Shown: piece after piece, positions 38,777 through 53,130 of the stretch
Layout: each line of letters starts with the position of its first letter
Position numbering within the stretch: position 1 is the stretch's first letter
NCBI GenBank assembly: GCA_951406725.2
Contig: OX597834.1
Coordinates: 17,918,001-17,982,000, forward strand
DNA from: Octopus vulgaris
Lineage: Eukaryota
Reading direction: 5' to 3'
Length of the DNA stretch: 64,000 nucleotides
Notes under the pieces: generated by a model
What the model saw: the letters and a program-made list of their open reading frames with translations, nothing else
The model's database searches: none
Told to the model about the DNA's origin: nothing
Made by a program: the position numbers and the translations under genes

Positions 38777-39321
38777 ATTTCTTTCGTTTATTCTGAATAT
38801 CCAAGTCCCTTTTTGTATTTTCCCCAGATTGTTTTGGTTTTAGTACCTATCTGGCCAGAAATTTGTATCTAAAAACCAAAGATCAGCAATAAATAAAAAC
38901 AAAAGAGTATTTGAAAATTCTTCACTGACTCCCTTTAGGGTCTACGAGATGACACATTGTTCTCATAGCAAGAGATTTTAATATTTTATTTAAATGCGTA
39001 GTAACACTGGTCATGTTGCTCCTCAGTATATTTAAGTGTCTGAACTGAACACATATTTAAACAGCTCTGTTGTAGCTTAGGAAATGTTTACATTTTGTTT
39101 ACAATATCAAGTTTTCTCTGTATGAAGCAGTCATAAATTAAACAGTTCCAATATTCACTGCATTATGAAGCTGTGTGAATGAAGACCGGCTTACATATTT
39201 TATTTTTGAAGCAGAATGCTTCAACTTACTCATACTATTGTGTTTCCCTTATTTACAAATAGATAATTAAATAAATCCATCCATCCATCCATCCATCAAT
39301 CCATCACAAACATACACACAC

Positions 39322-39471
39322 GTGTGGCTGTGTGGTGAGAAGTTTGCTTTCCAGCCACATGATTCCAGGTTCAGTCCCACAACATGGCACCTTGGGCAAG
39401 TGTCTTCTACAGTAGCCTCTGGTCAACAAAAGCCTTGAGAGTGGATTTGGTAGACAGAAACTCAAAAAAGC

Positions 39472-39507
<36 letters not shown>

Positions 39508-40086
39508 GATATGTGTGTGTTTGTGTGACTGTCTTTGTGCCTGTGTTTGCCCCTACCACTATTTGATAACCAGTGTGGGTGTGTTTGCATCTCTGCAACC
39601 TAGTGGTTTGGCAAATGAAACTAAAATGTTAGGTACCATGCTTAAAAAAAAAGTACTAGGGTCAATTGATTTAACAAAAAATTCTTCAAGTGCCATGTAT
39701 ATATATATATACATCGGCCACGTACATATATATATATATATATATGTACATGGCAGATGCCAGCGCCGCCTTGACTGGCTTCTGTGCCAGTGGAATGTAA
39801 AAAGCACCAACCAATCGTGGCCGTTGCCCGCCTCTCCTGGCACCTGTGCTGGTGGCATGTAAAAAGCACCATCCGTACGTGGTCGTTGCCAGCCTCCCAT
39901 GGCACCTGTGCTGGTGGCATGTAAAAAGCACCCACTACACTCATGGAGTGGTTGGCGTTAGGAAGGGCATCCAGCTGTAGAAACACAGTCAGATAAGACT
40001 GGAGCCTGGTGCAGCCTCCTGGCTTCCCAGACCCCGGTCAAACTGTCCAACCCATACTAGCATGGAAAACGTACGTTAAACGATGA

Positions 40087-40090
<4 letters not shown>
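39322..40090 (+). mobile_element. SINE family A followed by family E
   Basis: Homology to other copies in the window. Confidence 0.8.
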
Positions 40091-40120
<30 letters not shown>

Positions 40121-40910
40121 ATATATATATAGTTGTGTGTGTGTGTCAAGCAACTTTATCGGCACAACTGTATAGATAACAGCTAAGTTACAGAGTGCTC
40201 AATACAAAAGTAGATTATGATAACTAAATAAATAACAACATGAAATAAAATAAGTGAATAATAACAAAAACAAAGAGACAGTTAACTTAATTGAAATTTC
40301 ACATAGATGTCACTCTATGAAGAATCAATAAAGTCATGATCAGTTCATGTTGGTACATAATATCCATTATGTAACAATATCAGATGTTCGTGACTTTTTA
40401 TCTATGGATTCTTTTTAAGTTTTAAATATATTTACTATCTCTGTGTTATTTACATTTTTTTTTGTATTTGTCAATAACTTTTACTGCTTTTTTATTTCTG
40501 TTGTTTTTTTTATATCAGTATTTATATATTTTTTTCAATATTCATTTTTTACCAATTTTTGTTGTTGACATCTTTTGAAAATGTTCCCTTATGTACCCTT
40601 ATGTGGTTAGAGCATTGAGCTTACAATCGTGAGGTCTGTTGTGTTCTTGAGCAAGACACTTTATTTCACGTTCCTCCAGTTCACTCAGCTGTAGAAATGA
40701 GTTGCGACATCACAGGTGCCAAGCTGTATCGGCCTTTCCCTTGGATAACACTGGTGGCATGGAGAGGGGAGGCCGGTATGCATGGGCGACTGCTGGTCTT
40801 CCATAGACAACCTTGCCCGGACTTGTGCCTGGAAGGGTAACTTTCTAGGTGCAATCCCACGGTCAGTCATGACCAAAGGGGGTCTCAGCATATATATATA
40901 TACATACACA

Positions 40911-41231
40911 CACCTTCTCTTCGACTTACAACCTATGCGACTTATGACCACAAAAAATAAGGAAATAAAAATAAATAGATAATTAAAAAGTCAATTTTCG
41001 GATATTGGTTAGCTGCACATATGATAATTATGGTAGCATCTGGAAACGCAGGTCCCCCCCACCCCGCTCAGACCCAGGCATCCACTGCTTGCCACTGTCT
41101 CTTAGTCGCTTTGAAGCACCAGTTGTGTTTGAATGAAAATAGTGTTGAAAAATATAAATCCAACATGTGACCAGATTGACTTACAACCTGTCAGTTGGAA
41201 TGGAACTTGGTCGTAAGTCAAGGAGAAGGTG
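40911..41231. mobile_element. pogo/Tigger-like MITE
   Basis: TIRs caccttctcttcgacttac / gtaagtcaaggagaaggtg-TA, with internal gacttac(a/g)acc repeats. Confidence 0.72.
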
Positions 41232-43309
41232 TATATGTGTTTAAAGAAAACCCTTGTACTGTTTCCAATGAAATTAAAAGATTGGAACTGTAATTAATTA
41301 GGATCAATTAACTACGATTTTAATGAACATATTCCCCTCTCAGATTCACACACTTGTTGCAGTGGCCCTTCAATATTTTTAAGCCCTGTAAAAGTACTTG
41401 GAAGGCTGGGCCTTTAAACCAGGAACTTTTCTTCACACCCTTGTATAAATGTTTGTATCTCCTTGTTTTGATATAGAGTCAATGTTGTAAATGAGTATCA
41501 CTATCATAAAAGCAGTGTTGTTCATTTCTAATATTCTGTGATGACAGATCTGGCCATGGGGAAATATTACCTTGCTTGGAATGAAGGTTGGAGTTGCTGA
41601 CAGGTAAGGCATCTGGCCATTGAAAAATCTACCTCAAAACAACAATGAACAGGTGGATGGTTATGAACAGAATTACCATTTTTGCAGAGAGTCCTGCAAG
41701 CCTGTTTGTTGTCAGGGAATCACTATCTCAGGACGAATACAATGGCATGGTTTCCCATTGCCTTTACTAAAGCATTCAATAGCTTGTGCTATTGTTCATA
41801 CCCAGTGGTTTTAATCTACAGCTTGGTGGACAGAGCCATCTGAGAGTTAAGTGCTCTGACCAAACAACAGATCAGCCAATAGACCAGATGATGTCTTCCA
41901 CTGTATCAGAGAGAGAGAGGAGGAGAGAGAGAGAGAGAGGGAGAGAGAGAGAGACAGAGAGGGAGAGAGGGAGAAAGAGAGAGGGAGAGACAGAGAGAGA
42001 GAAAGAGAGATTATGTGAGAGGGATTGTGTGAGGGGTAAGTCTGAAGGAAATCAAACAAGCTGGAGGGAATTTGAGTGTGGTGGAGAGGGACTGATTGTA
42101 TGGGAGAAAGAGAGCAGGGGACAGAGAAAGAGAGAGGGAGAGGGAGAAAATACATGTGGGTGTGTACAAAAGAAAGTGTGTGTGTGTGTATGGGGGGGGG
42201 GACGATTCAGTAAACAAAATAAAACAGTTGCTATAATACTTTTTTCTTGCTGTGAAATTCTTTACAGAAATAATCTGATCTCTGACTGTAATATAAACAT
42301 TATTATTACTTCTGGCAGTCATTTTATTGTGAAATCACCAATAAATATTCAATGTCATTAATTACCATCATCATTATTAGTTTCTCTTTCTCTTTTACTA
42401 TATTTGCATAGATTTACAAAACTGTGTCTTGGCATCAGAATATCATTTATATTCAATCAAATAGATCTCTTCTGTCAGAAATCTTTTACCTTCAGGTTCC
42501 CCTCCTTCATGGTCTTCTGTTACCTACCACTACTACTCTACCACTCACAGTCCCTGGACACCACCAACTCTGAGATGATATAAATGATTTGCAAGTCATA
42601 TGCAAACAGTGGCTGCTTTTCTTGATTTTCTTATAAAAATCCTGCTAATGTTATTGTAAACAGTTTCACCCTTGCCATACCAACCCATCTACGACCACTC
42701 CTGGTTTTATAACGGAAATTTTCTGTTTTAAATTAAATCCTGTCATCAAAAATTCATGTTACTTTACGTTTCAAACACCAGTTTAATAATGGCAAAGTTA
42801 AATCAGCTAAAATATTAATTATTTTCAAAATTACTTAAAAGGCTGTGTATTTCAACAGAAATATGGTAGCATAAGGCTTAAGGAAGTGGTTCTCATCATC
42901 ATCATCATCATCATTTAGCGTCCGCTTTCCATGCTAGCATTCAACTGGGGTCTGGGAAGCCAGAAGGCTGCACCAGATTCCAGTCTGATCTAGCGCTGTT
43001 TCTACGGTTGGATGCCCTTTCTAATGCCAACCACTCCGTGAGTGTAGATGGAGCTGGCAAATGGCCACGGTTGGATGGTGCTTTTTATGTGCCACCGGCA
43101 TGGGGGCCAGGTAAGGCTGGCAACGGCCACGTAGAGAAATACCAGTTCCCACCCTACTCCACTTAGTGAAATTTCCACTCTTCCACTGTGAAGGCATGTG
43201 GCTCAGTGGTTGAAGCGTTGGGCTCACAATCATGAAGTAGTGAGTTCAATTCCCAGATTGTGCTGTGTGTTGTGTTATTATGACTACTACCAGATTACTT
43301 GAATTCATA

Positions 43310-43712
43310 TATTCTTTTCTACTCTAGGCACAAGGCCTGAAATTTTTGGGGAAGGGTGCCAGTTGATAAGATCGACCCCAGTAAGCAACTGGTACTTAAT
43401 TTATTGACCCTGAATGGATGAAAGGCAAAGTCAACCTTGGCGGAATTTGAACTCAGAGCATAAAGCTGGGTGAAATACCTATTTCTTTACTACCCACAAG
43501 GGGCTAAACACAGAGGGGACAAACAAGGACAGACAAACGTATTAAGTCGATTACATCGTCCCCAGTGTGTAACTGGTACTTATTTAATCAACCCCGAAAG
43601 GATGAAAGGCAAAGTTGACCTCGGCGGAATTTGAACTCGGAACGTAACGGCAGAAGAAATACCGCCAAGCATTTTGCCTGGCGTGTTAATGTTTCTGCCG
43701 GCTTGCCACCTT
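43310..43712 (-). mobile_element. Chimeric family B SINE dimer (two different tails)
   Basis: A full monomer ending aaagaaatAG is joined at GTATTT (about 43480) to a headless body with the alternative tail ..aggccttgtgcctagagtagaaaagaata. Confidence 0.85.
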
Positions 43713-44400
43713 TTGAATCCATATATTGTGACTTAAATGTGTGTGTGTGTGGGGGGGGAGTCTTGATAGGTATTGTGTCACTGGCCCACAGCAATGGTTG
43801 TTAATCAATTGTGATGTTTTAGCAAAAGACGACTGGGCTGTGAACAGGAAAGTGAATAGTTCAAATCTGTCACTAAGTCTTTGTTGTTTTTGAATTCAAT
43901 CATTATTCTGTGCAATACTGAATAACACCACCTCAGTACAGCTAACTGCCACTAAAAGGTACTGCTATAACATGTTGTATTTTGCTACATGTGATAGACT
44001 GACATCTACTCCACAAGTGGCATGAAAGTGAGATGCTCAATTCCAGGAAACCAGGAACCCAGTGGAGCACCTGCTCCTTCAAACCTACTCAAGATTTGAA
44101 AGACTTTTATGTAACATGATATAAAATTGGAAGTTTTCTCACGATACACCCAGCAGCATCTTTGATATGAAACCACTTTTGTCAATTCAATTGCACTTCA
44201 GTTGTTCCAGTAGATAGCAATTATTAATATTAGAATTATTAAGAGAGTGATGAACTGGCAGAATTGTTGGCAAGTCAGACAAAGTGCTTAGTAGCATTTT
44301 CATCAGACTTTACATTCTGAGTTCAAATTCTGCCAAGACCCTTTCAGGGTCGATAAAGTAAGGACCGGTTGAGCACTGGGATTAATGTAATCATCTTACC

Positions 44401-44633
44401 TATTTCTTTATTACCCACAAGGGGCTAAACACAGGGGAGACAAATAAGGACAGACAAAGGGATTAAGTCATTTATATCGACCCCAGTGTGTAACTGGTAC
44501 TTAATTTATCGACCCCGAAAGGATGAAAGGCAAAGTCGACCTTGGCGGAATTTGAACTCACAACGTAACGGCAGACGAAATACCGCTAAGCATTTCACCC
44601 GGCGTGCTAACGTTTCTGCCAGCTTGCCGCCTT
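44401..44633 (-). mobile_element. Family B SINE inserted in an older, oppositely oriented family B copy, 15-bp TSD
   Basis: tgtaatcatcttacc on both sides (44386-44400 and 44637-44651). Confidence 0.88.
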
Positions 44634-44830
44634 ATCTGTAATCATCTTACCTGCTTCCTCAAAACTGCTGGCCTTGTGCCAAAATGTGAAACCAATATTA
44701 GGATTATTAATAGGGTGCTGAAATGGCAGAATCATTAGCAAGCTGGGCAAAATGCTTAACGGCATTTCATCCATCTTCATGATCTGAGTTCTAATTCCAC
44801 CAAGGTCAACTTTACCTTATGTGTATACCA

Positions 44831-45216
44831 TGGAGGCGCAATGGCCCAGTGGTTAGGGCAGCGGACTCGCGGTCGTAGGATCGCGGTTTCGATTCCCAGA
44901 CCGGGCGTTGTGAGTGTTTATTGAGCGAAAATACCTAAAGCTCCATGAGGCTCCGGCAGGGATGGTGGTGATCCCTGCTGTACTCTTTCACCACAACTTT
45001 CTCTCACTCTTACTTCCGGTTTCTGTTGTATCTGTATTTCAAAGGGCCGGCCTTGTCACTCTCTGTTTCACGCTGAATATCCCCGAGAACTGCGTTAAGG
45101 GTACACGTGTCTGTGGAGTGCTCAGCCACTTACACGTTAATTTCACGAGCAGGCTGTTCCGCTGATCGGATCAACCGGAACCCTTGTCGTCGTAACCGAC
45201 GGAGTGCTTCCATCCC
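44831..45216 (+). mobile_element. SINE family C, young full-length copy, 10-bp TSD
   Basis: tRNA-like head (TGGCCCAGTGG, GGTTTCGATTCCC) with CpGs intact; atgtgtatac at 44819-44828 and 45217-45226. Confidence 0.88.
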
Positions 45217-46114
45217 ATGTGTATACTGTGAGTATGTATATATTATCAGCATGTATACATATTGTCTCCATGTACATATAAAATATGGAAGTTGATAGAA
45301 CAATTTGTTGTGTCACTTTGTTAAGAAGCCTTAGATATTCCTGTTTTTGAATTCTACATAAACTTGGCATCCAGTCAGCCATTTAATACTTAGTATTGTT
45401 GGGTGATTTAAGGTGGTGAGCTGACAGAGTTGGTAGCACACCAGACAAATCAGTATTGGCAGTATTTCTTCTGACTTTTTATGTTCAAACCCTGCCAAGG
45501 TCAACTTTGTCTTTCAATGAGTTCAATAAAATAAAGTACCAGACACGTACTGGGGTTGATTACGTCGACTTACCTTCTCCTTTCAAAATTACTAGCCAAA
45601 TGCCAAGATTAGAAAGAATAAGGTATAACTGTTTATTTAGCTCCAGGTCAGACATGACCAAGCAGAGTTATGATCGAAAGGGTTTATTTTTTTTAAAATT
45701 TCATATCGAAACCTACATTTTCTGATGAGACCTTCTTTGGTAAATTTGTAAGATATGATTTAAGGAAATTTGGTTGCTATTTCTAGCTTACCATATAAGC
45801 TCAAAACTCTGTTGCTTATTCGCAATGGCCATCTCTTCCCATTTACTTTATTTTCTCACAACACCCTCTCTATCACTTACCCACCCCCATCATTTTATTT
45901 ATGTGTTTTCGTTAGCCTACAAGATTTAACCAGTTAAAAAGTAAAAGTAATGAAGATTAAAAGATGTGATTATTATTGGGAGTTTGGCACCATCTATTCC
46001 AAAGAACCAGTCTTCAGCAATGCAACAATACTAAGAATTCATGTGGGTGAGTGCTGAGTGGATTTTTACAACAATTTTTTTTTGAAAAAAGCGAGAAAAG
46101 ATGATTGACAGCAG

Positions 46115-46445
46115 GGATGGTTGTGATGATGGTGGTGGTGATTGAGGTGGTAGTGGTGATGGCAGAGATAGTGGTGATAGTGGTGAAGATCTGATGAGAT
46201 ACTGAAGGTGGTGGTGGTGATGACAGAGGTGGTGGTGTTGGTAGAATTGTTGATGGAGGTGGTGGTGGTGATGATGATGAAGGAGATGGTGGAGGTAGTG
46301 ATGGTGATGATGGAGATGGTGGTGGTGGTGATGATGATGGAGATGATTAAGGTGGTGGTGGTGGTGGTGACAGCACTGGTTGTGGTAGAGACAATGACGG
46401 GTGATGGTGACAATGATGGTTGTGATGACAGAGATAATAACAATG
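46115..46445. repeat. (GGT/GAT)n low-complexity repeat
   Basis: Trinucleotide runs. Confidence 0.92.
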
Positions 46446-48347
46446 AGATGTTTTAGCTGTGGAAAACAGACTTTATCTGAAGAATAGGAAAATGAAAGTA
46501 GACAGACACACAGACAGACAGGGACATAGAGAGGGGGTAGAGAAGGGGTTGAAAGTTGGCAAAGAATTGGGGAGTCGGGGAATTAATCTTGAGAAACAGA
46601 AGCCATAGAAAGAACTTCCAAAATTCAGGAATCATTCTAAGTGACTGAAATAATGAAAATAATAAAAAAATGTAAAAAAGAAGAGAGAGAGAGGCAGGGT
46701 TAGTCATACAGACCTAGCTGTGTTATTAAGAAGCCGACTTAGCAATTATGTGGTTCTGGGTTCAATCCCAATACATGGCACTTTGGAGAAGTGCCTTCTA
46801 CAACAGTTCATATGAGTGAAAATGGTAAAAGAAAGTCATGGAGGTTGCCATCGTGTGTGTGTGCGTGTGTGTGTGCGTGTGTGTGTGCATATGTGTGAGT
46901 GCATGTGTGTGTGTGTGTGTGTGTGTGTGGTGTTAAAACAAAAAGTACTAATAATGGCTGAGTGGTTAAGAAGCTTGCTTTGCAACCATATGGTTTTTGG
47001 TTCAGTCCCACTACATGGCATCAGGGGCAAAAGTGTCTTCTACTATAGCCCAGGGCTAACTAATGCCTTGTGAGTAGATTTAGTGGATGGAAACTGTGTG
47101 GAAGTCTGTCATATATGCGTGTGTGCATTTTTGGTTGAGTTTATCTTGTCCCCCACTGCTTGACAAGTGATGTTGGTTTGTTTATGTCCTTGTCACTTAA
47201 CAGTTTGGCAAAAGAGAACAATAGAACAAGTACCAGCTTAAAAAGTAAGTAGGCTGTTTGATTTAAAACCTTTCAAGGTGGTGCCCCAGCATGGCCACAG
47301 TCTAATGAATGAAACAAGTAAAAGATAAAAGAAAGAAAAAATTAGATTGGCCAGTGGCATGACTATCTGGACAACAATAAAGACAAATAAAGGTATACTA
47401 AATGCCATACAAAAAAAGTTGTGATTTATAGAAATTAACTCATTTTTAAGAGAGAAGTAAACAGATGCCTGAGGGTAACTGCAATCAATTCTACATGAGA
47501 GGGGAAGATAATTTCATGAATCAAGAATTGTCTTATCTGGTTGAGTATTCTCGGACATTTTTCATCAATCTTGGTCCTGCATTAGTTGAGCAGGGACTTT
47601 GTGGAGGCATTAATGTCTCTGGTGAGCTGATCTACACATGTCAAGTTTGAACAAACTTTTTTTTTCAGAATTTCCTAGATTACACAAATGTTTTGTTCTC
47701 TTCCACAGGAGTCAAGGTAAAACAACAGCTATGTTGATGATGGTTACTAAAGTAGAAACATGTATTTAGAACTGCCCTCTTGTCTCTAACGGCAGTTTTG
47801 AATAAGCAAACTTATGGATCAAAGACAGTCCTCAATAAACTCCATAAAATCCATGCAAACATGGAAAAGGGGACATTTAATCAGAATCATAGTTATACAT
47901 GCAGTGTCCTTCATCTCCAATCTTCGATAAAACCGTGTTTAGCCAGTGGTGGAGGGGGGATATTATCTTACTTGGAAACAAGTGGGGGTTGATGACATCC
48001 AGCCATAGAAAATTCACCACGACAAATTCCATCCACCCCTATACAGGCATTGAAAAGTGGATGTTAAAATGATTATGATGATGATGAGGTGAACGTGGTG
48101 CCTTAAAGAGCCATATGCAACTTGTAGCCCACAATCTGACTACTTTTGTTATACAGAAAACATCCAAAAGGGAAACGGTGTTCTTAAGACTCACCCTCTT
48201 TCTTTGCATTATGAATATATGAAATAGAAAATAATTCCATCTGAAAGACAGGATTTTGTTATAATTTAAGTGGTGAACTTCAGATGGCTTCAATAAGATT
48301 GCGTAAAAATAGAAAAATAACTGAGCTTACTTACATCAATACATACA

Positions 48348-48398
48348 TGTATACTGTATATATATACACACACACACACATACATATATACTGTATAT

Positions 48399-48447
<49 letters not shown>

Positions 48448-48461
48448 TATACTGTATATCT

Positions 48462-48500
<39 letters not shown>

Positions 48501-48560
48501 TATATACTGTATATCTTTATATATATATATATACACACATACATATATACTGTATATCTT

Positions 48561-48600
<40 letters not shown>

Positions 48601-48620
48601 TACATATATACTGTATATCT

Positions 48621-48667
<47 letters not shown>

Positions 48668-48677
48668 TTATATACTG

Positions 48678-48717
<40 letters not shown>

Positions 48718-48739
48718 AACACACATATATACTGTATAT

Positions 48740-48774
<35 letters not shown>

Positions 48775-48848
48775 CATACATATATACTGTATATCTTTAT
48801 ATATATATATATATACACATACACACATACATATATACTGTATATCTT

Positions 48849-48879
<31 letters not shown>

Positions 48880-48885
48880 ATATAA
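48348..48885. repeat. Compound minisatellite: TACTGTATATCTT + (TA)n + (CA)n, about 10 units
   Basis: A fixed anchor recurs between microsatellites of variable length. Confidence 0.93.
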
Positions 48886-50674
48886 TATCATAATTATCAT
48901 TATCATCATCATTTAACATTCATCTTCCATGCTGACATCTCACATACACACATACACACACTCAACCTCGCTCATACATCATCATGGTCTTTTGTTTATA
49001 TAGAGCTTAAGATACTGAAGATCTTGTCTGTGTTTTATATATACAATGTTCATGTGTGTATATATTCTTTTATTTGTTTCAGTCATTTGACTGTGGCCAT
49101 GCTGTAGCACTGCCTTTAGTCGAACAAATCGACCCCAGGACTTATTCTTTGTAAGCCTAGTACTTATTTTATTGGTCTCTTTTGCTGAGTCACTAAGTTA
49201 GGGGACGTAAGCATGTCAGCATCGGTTGTCAAGTGATGGTGGGAGGACAAACATAGACTCACAAACATACACACACACACACAACAGGCTTCATTCAGTT
49301 TCTGTCTACCAAATCTACTCGCAAGGTTTTGGTCAGCCCAAACCATGTGGTTGATAAGCAAGTTACTTACCACACAGCCATTCCTAAATCGTCATGATTT
49401 TAAATAAGAGCTATGTTGCATTATTGTGGTGGAAACTGGACAGTGAATATAGAACATCTTCGTATCTTCAATAATGGAAGATGAAAGAAATGACCGCATG
49501 TAGAGACATTTTAATGTCGAGTATTGTTTTATAAGAAAGTTGATGATTGCCCAGGAGAATTGATGGAGTGGTTGGACATGAGTGGTTATGATATGACCAC
49601 TTGAGTAGTTTGGATGTATAATGGGAAGAAATGGCTGATATATGTCAAGAGAGAAAGCATTGAGAAGTGATGGTGGCGGTGGTGGTGGTGTGAGGATGCA
49701 CTCAACAAGAGGACAGGATGCGTAAGAAGGATTTGAGAGGAGAATATTTAAACCAAGATTATATTCTTTTATCATTTTAATTGTTTCAGTCGTTGGTTTC
49801 TGGCCATGCTGGGGCATCACCTTGAAGTGAGTTAATCAAACTGAGTTCAGTAATGTATTTTATCAGTCACTTTTCCTTTGTTAGAAAACCACTAAGGATG
49901 TAAACAAACCTACAACAGCTGTTGAGTGATGAGAGACAAACACAAGCATACGCACTGAGAGACACACATAAACACACACACACACACACAACAGGTTTTT
50001 ACACATTTTCCATCAGTTAAATTCACTCAGAATGCAGTGGTCAGCCCAGGACTATAATAGAAGACACTGGCCATGATGCAGCACAGTAGGTCAGAACCCA
50101 AAACTATGTGGTTACAAAATGAACTTCTTAACCACATAGCCATACCAGCACTATACATCATCATCATCATCGTCATTATTTAATGCCTGTTTTCCATGCT
50201 GGCATGGTTGGATGCTCTGACAGGATTGTATAGTCCAAGGACTGCATCATGCTCTAGTGTCTGTTGTGGATTGGTCTCTAAAGCTGGATGCCCTTCTTAA
50301 TATTAACCACTTTAAAGTTTGTACAAGGTACATGTTTTGAGGCCGCCATGCAACTCGCAAGACAACAAACTCCAAGGAAGGAGGAACTTGGCGTTATGGT
50401 AAGAATTAAGGGGTTAAAGTATGGGGTAGAGTGCAGCAGTATAGGTCCTAGTAGAGGAACTGTATGGCTATTTACAGTGTGTGTGTATTAGTTAAGTAAG
50501 ATTTGGAGCCAAAACATTGTAGAATGTTATGCAAAGCTCATCCACATTTATTGGCTACCTGATGTCATACTGAGGAAATACTCCTGCAGCCATACATACA
50601 TCCAGAATTCCATAGTATCTGTAGGCTCTATATAAACAGACAAATGAAAAAATGTTATTACATTTTCTTTCATT

Positions 50675-50719
<45 letters not shown>

Positions 50720-51662
50720 ACATATAGACAAATAAAAGAAAATGTAATTAACAACACAACATAACAAGAATGTTGTTAATTTTATCGACTAGTACTTATT
50801 TTATCCAGAAAGGATGAAAGGCAAAGTTGACTGTGGCGGCATTTGAACTCAGAACGCAAAGACATGAAATGCTCCTAAGTATTTCACCCAGTGTGCTAAC
50901 AATTCTGCCAGACGACGAGGTTTCTAGTTGATCTGATCAAAGGAAGAGCCTGTTCATGAAAGTAATGTATGCAGCTGAGCACTCTACAGACCCGTGTACC
51001 CTTGATGTAGTTCTCAGGGAGATTCAGCGTGAAACAGTGTGTGACAAGGCTGACCCTTTGAAATACAGGTACTACCTATTTTTGCCAGCAGAGTGAACTG
51101 GAGCAACATGCAACAAAGAGTCTTGCTCAAGGACACAACATGGCACTGGTAATTGAACTCACGACCTTGTGATCATGAGCCAAGTAACCTAACCACTAAG
51201 CCACGCACCTTCACCTAACAATATTAATAACATTAACACCATATAATAACATTAACTTGATAATGCGGCTGGCATCTTCATGCTATTCCCTTTCTAAACA
51301 TTAATGGAATTACAAGAAGTACTTTTAAATCCAAGTATTTCAGTTATTGTAAAGCAAGAAATGTTCCTGGAGGCAGAGAGAATCTATTGAAAGGATAAGC
51401 CTTAAAATGCCAATATTTCTAAATCATTATGGCTGCCAAACATATACATGTCTAATAAACTCTCCAGGATTTACAATTTCCCTTTTTGTTAGGTTTGTCC
51501 TTTTTTTTTTTTTATTATTGCGTTTTTTTTCATTTAATTTTAGTTTTTTTCTTTTTTGGAAGTCATTAAGTAAGAAATTTTTGAGAATATAACATTTGGA
51601 ATCATAAAATTTAATTTCATTAGAGAGCCATAATGTTTTATGTTAAAGAAGAGAAAGGGGAG

Positions 51663-51700
<38 letters not shown>

Positions 51701-51813
51701 AGAAAGAAGAAGTGGGTATTGAAAGTGAAATGGCAATTCTGTGTGAGAGAGAGAGAGAGAGAGAAAGAGAGATAGTGAGAGAGAGAGACAAAAAAAACAG
51801 TAAAACCGGTAGG

Positions 51814-51850
<37 letters not shown>

Positions 51851-52293
51851 TAAGTATGTGTGTGTGTGTATTCAAATGAAAGGAAAATTTCAAAATATGT
51901 TGCCAGATTGAAATCCATACTGTAAAAGATAAAGACCAAGCTTCCACACCATGAAAAGGGAATAACTGATTAAATCTCAGATTATTTTCAACAACCACAG
52001 ATTTAATCCTTTCATGACCATATTTCTAATGAAATACTGCGTATTGTAAATAAGTCTGAAAATAATCAAAAATTTGGAGGAATTAGTATAAGAACTCTTT
52101 CCAAAACAAAGCTTTTATCTAGAACATAACTAATAAGGTTTTTAAATACAATTAGACAGTTTTAAATAATTCTCGTCTCATCAGCTTCAATCTTGTATCT
52201 GAGAATTTATTTTCTTCTTTGCTGAATGCTTCCTTTATGATGATGCTGTTGGTGACTCTCAGACCAGTTAATTGCATCGATGGTATTGACTGT

Positions 52294-53130
52294 AAAGGTG
52301 GCGAGCTGGCAGAAACGTTAGCACGCTGGGCGAAATGCGTAGCCGTATTTCGTCTGCCATTACGTTCTGGGTTCAAATTCCGCCGAGGTCGACTTTGCCT
52401 TTCGTCCTTTCGGGGTCAATAAATTAAGTACCAGTTACGCACTGAGGTCGATGTAATCAACTTAATCCGTTTGTTTGTCCTCTCTGTGTTTAGCCCCTTG
52501 TGGGTAGTAAAGAAATAGGTATTGACTGTAAAGGCGGCGAGCTGGCAGAAACGTTAGCACGCCAGGCGAAATACTTTGTGGTATTTCATCTGCCGCTACG
52601 CTCTCAGTTCAAATTCTGCCGAGGTCGACTTTGCCTTTCATCTTTTTGGGGTCGATAAATTAAGTACCAGTTACACTCTGGGGTCGATCTAATCGACTTA
52701 ATCCGTTTGTCTGTCCTTGTTTGTCCTCTCTGTGTTTAGCCCCTTGTGGGTAGTAAAGAAATAGGTATTTCGTCTGCCGCTATGTTCTGAGTTCAAATTC
52801 CTCCGAGGTCGACTTTGCCATTCATCTTTTCGGGTCGATAAATTAAGTACCAGTTACACTCTGGGGTCGATCTAATCGACTTAATCCGTTTGTCTGTCCT
52901 TGTTTGTCCTCTCTGTGTTTAGCCCCTTGTGGGTAGTAAAGAAATAGGTATTTCGTCTGCCGCTATGTTCTGAGTTCAAATTCCTCCGAGGTCGACTTTG
53001 CCATTCATCTTTTCGGGTCGATAAATTAAGTACCAGTTACACACTGGGGTCGATCTAATCGACTTAATCCGTTTGTCTGTCCTTGTTTGTCCTCGCTGTG
53101 TTTAGCCCCTTGTGGGTAGTAAAGAAATAG
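52294..53130 (+). mobile_element. Two family B SINEs (monomer plus trimer) at one site with a triplicated TSD
   Basis: ggtattgactgt at 52282, 52518 and 53130; body units start at 52581, 52765, 52948. Confidence 0.9.

Noticed and set aside
44831-44905. tRNA gene
   Set aside because: The tRNA-like sequence is the head of a SINE: it continues into a repeat body, has a TSD and recurs at 32825-32898.
45722-45790. CTGATGA followed by GAAA
   Set aside because: No convincing stem I, II or III pairing; lies in a decayed repeat.
47710-47717. Plus-strand 8-nt microexon pattern (ttccacAG|gagtcaag|GTaaaa)
   Set aside because: Opposite strand to the only supported gene, not a multiple of three, and no partner exons seen.
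48284-48916. 210-aa ORF, the longest in the window
   Set aside because: Translation of TA/CA microsatellite.
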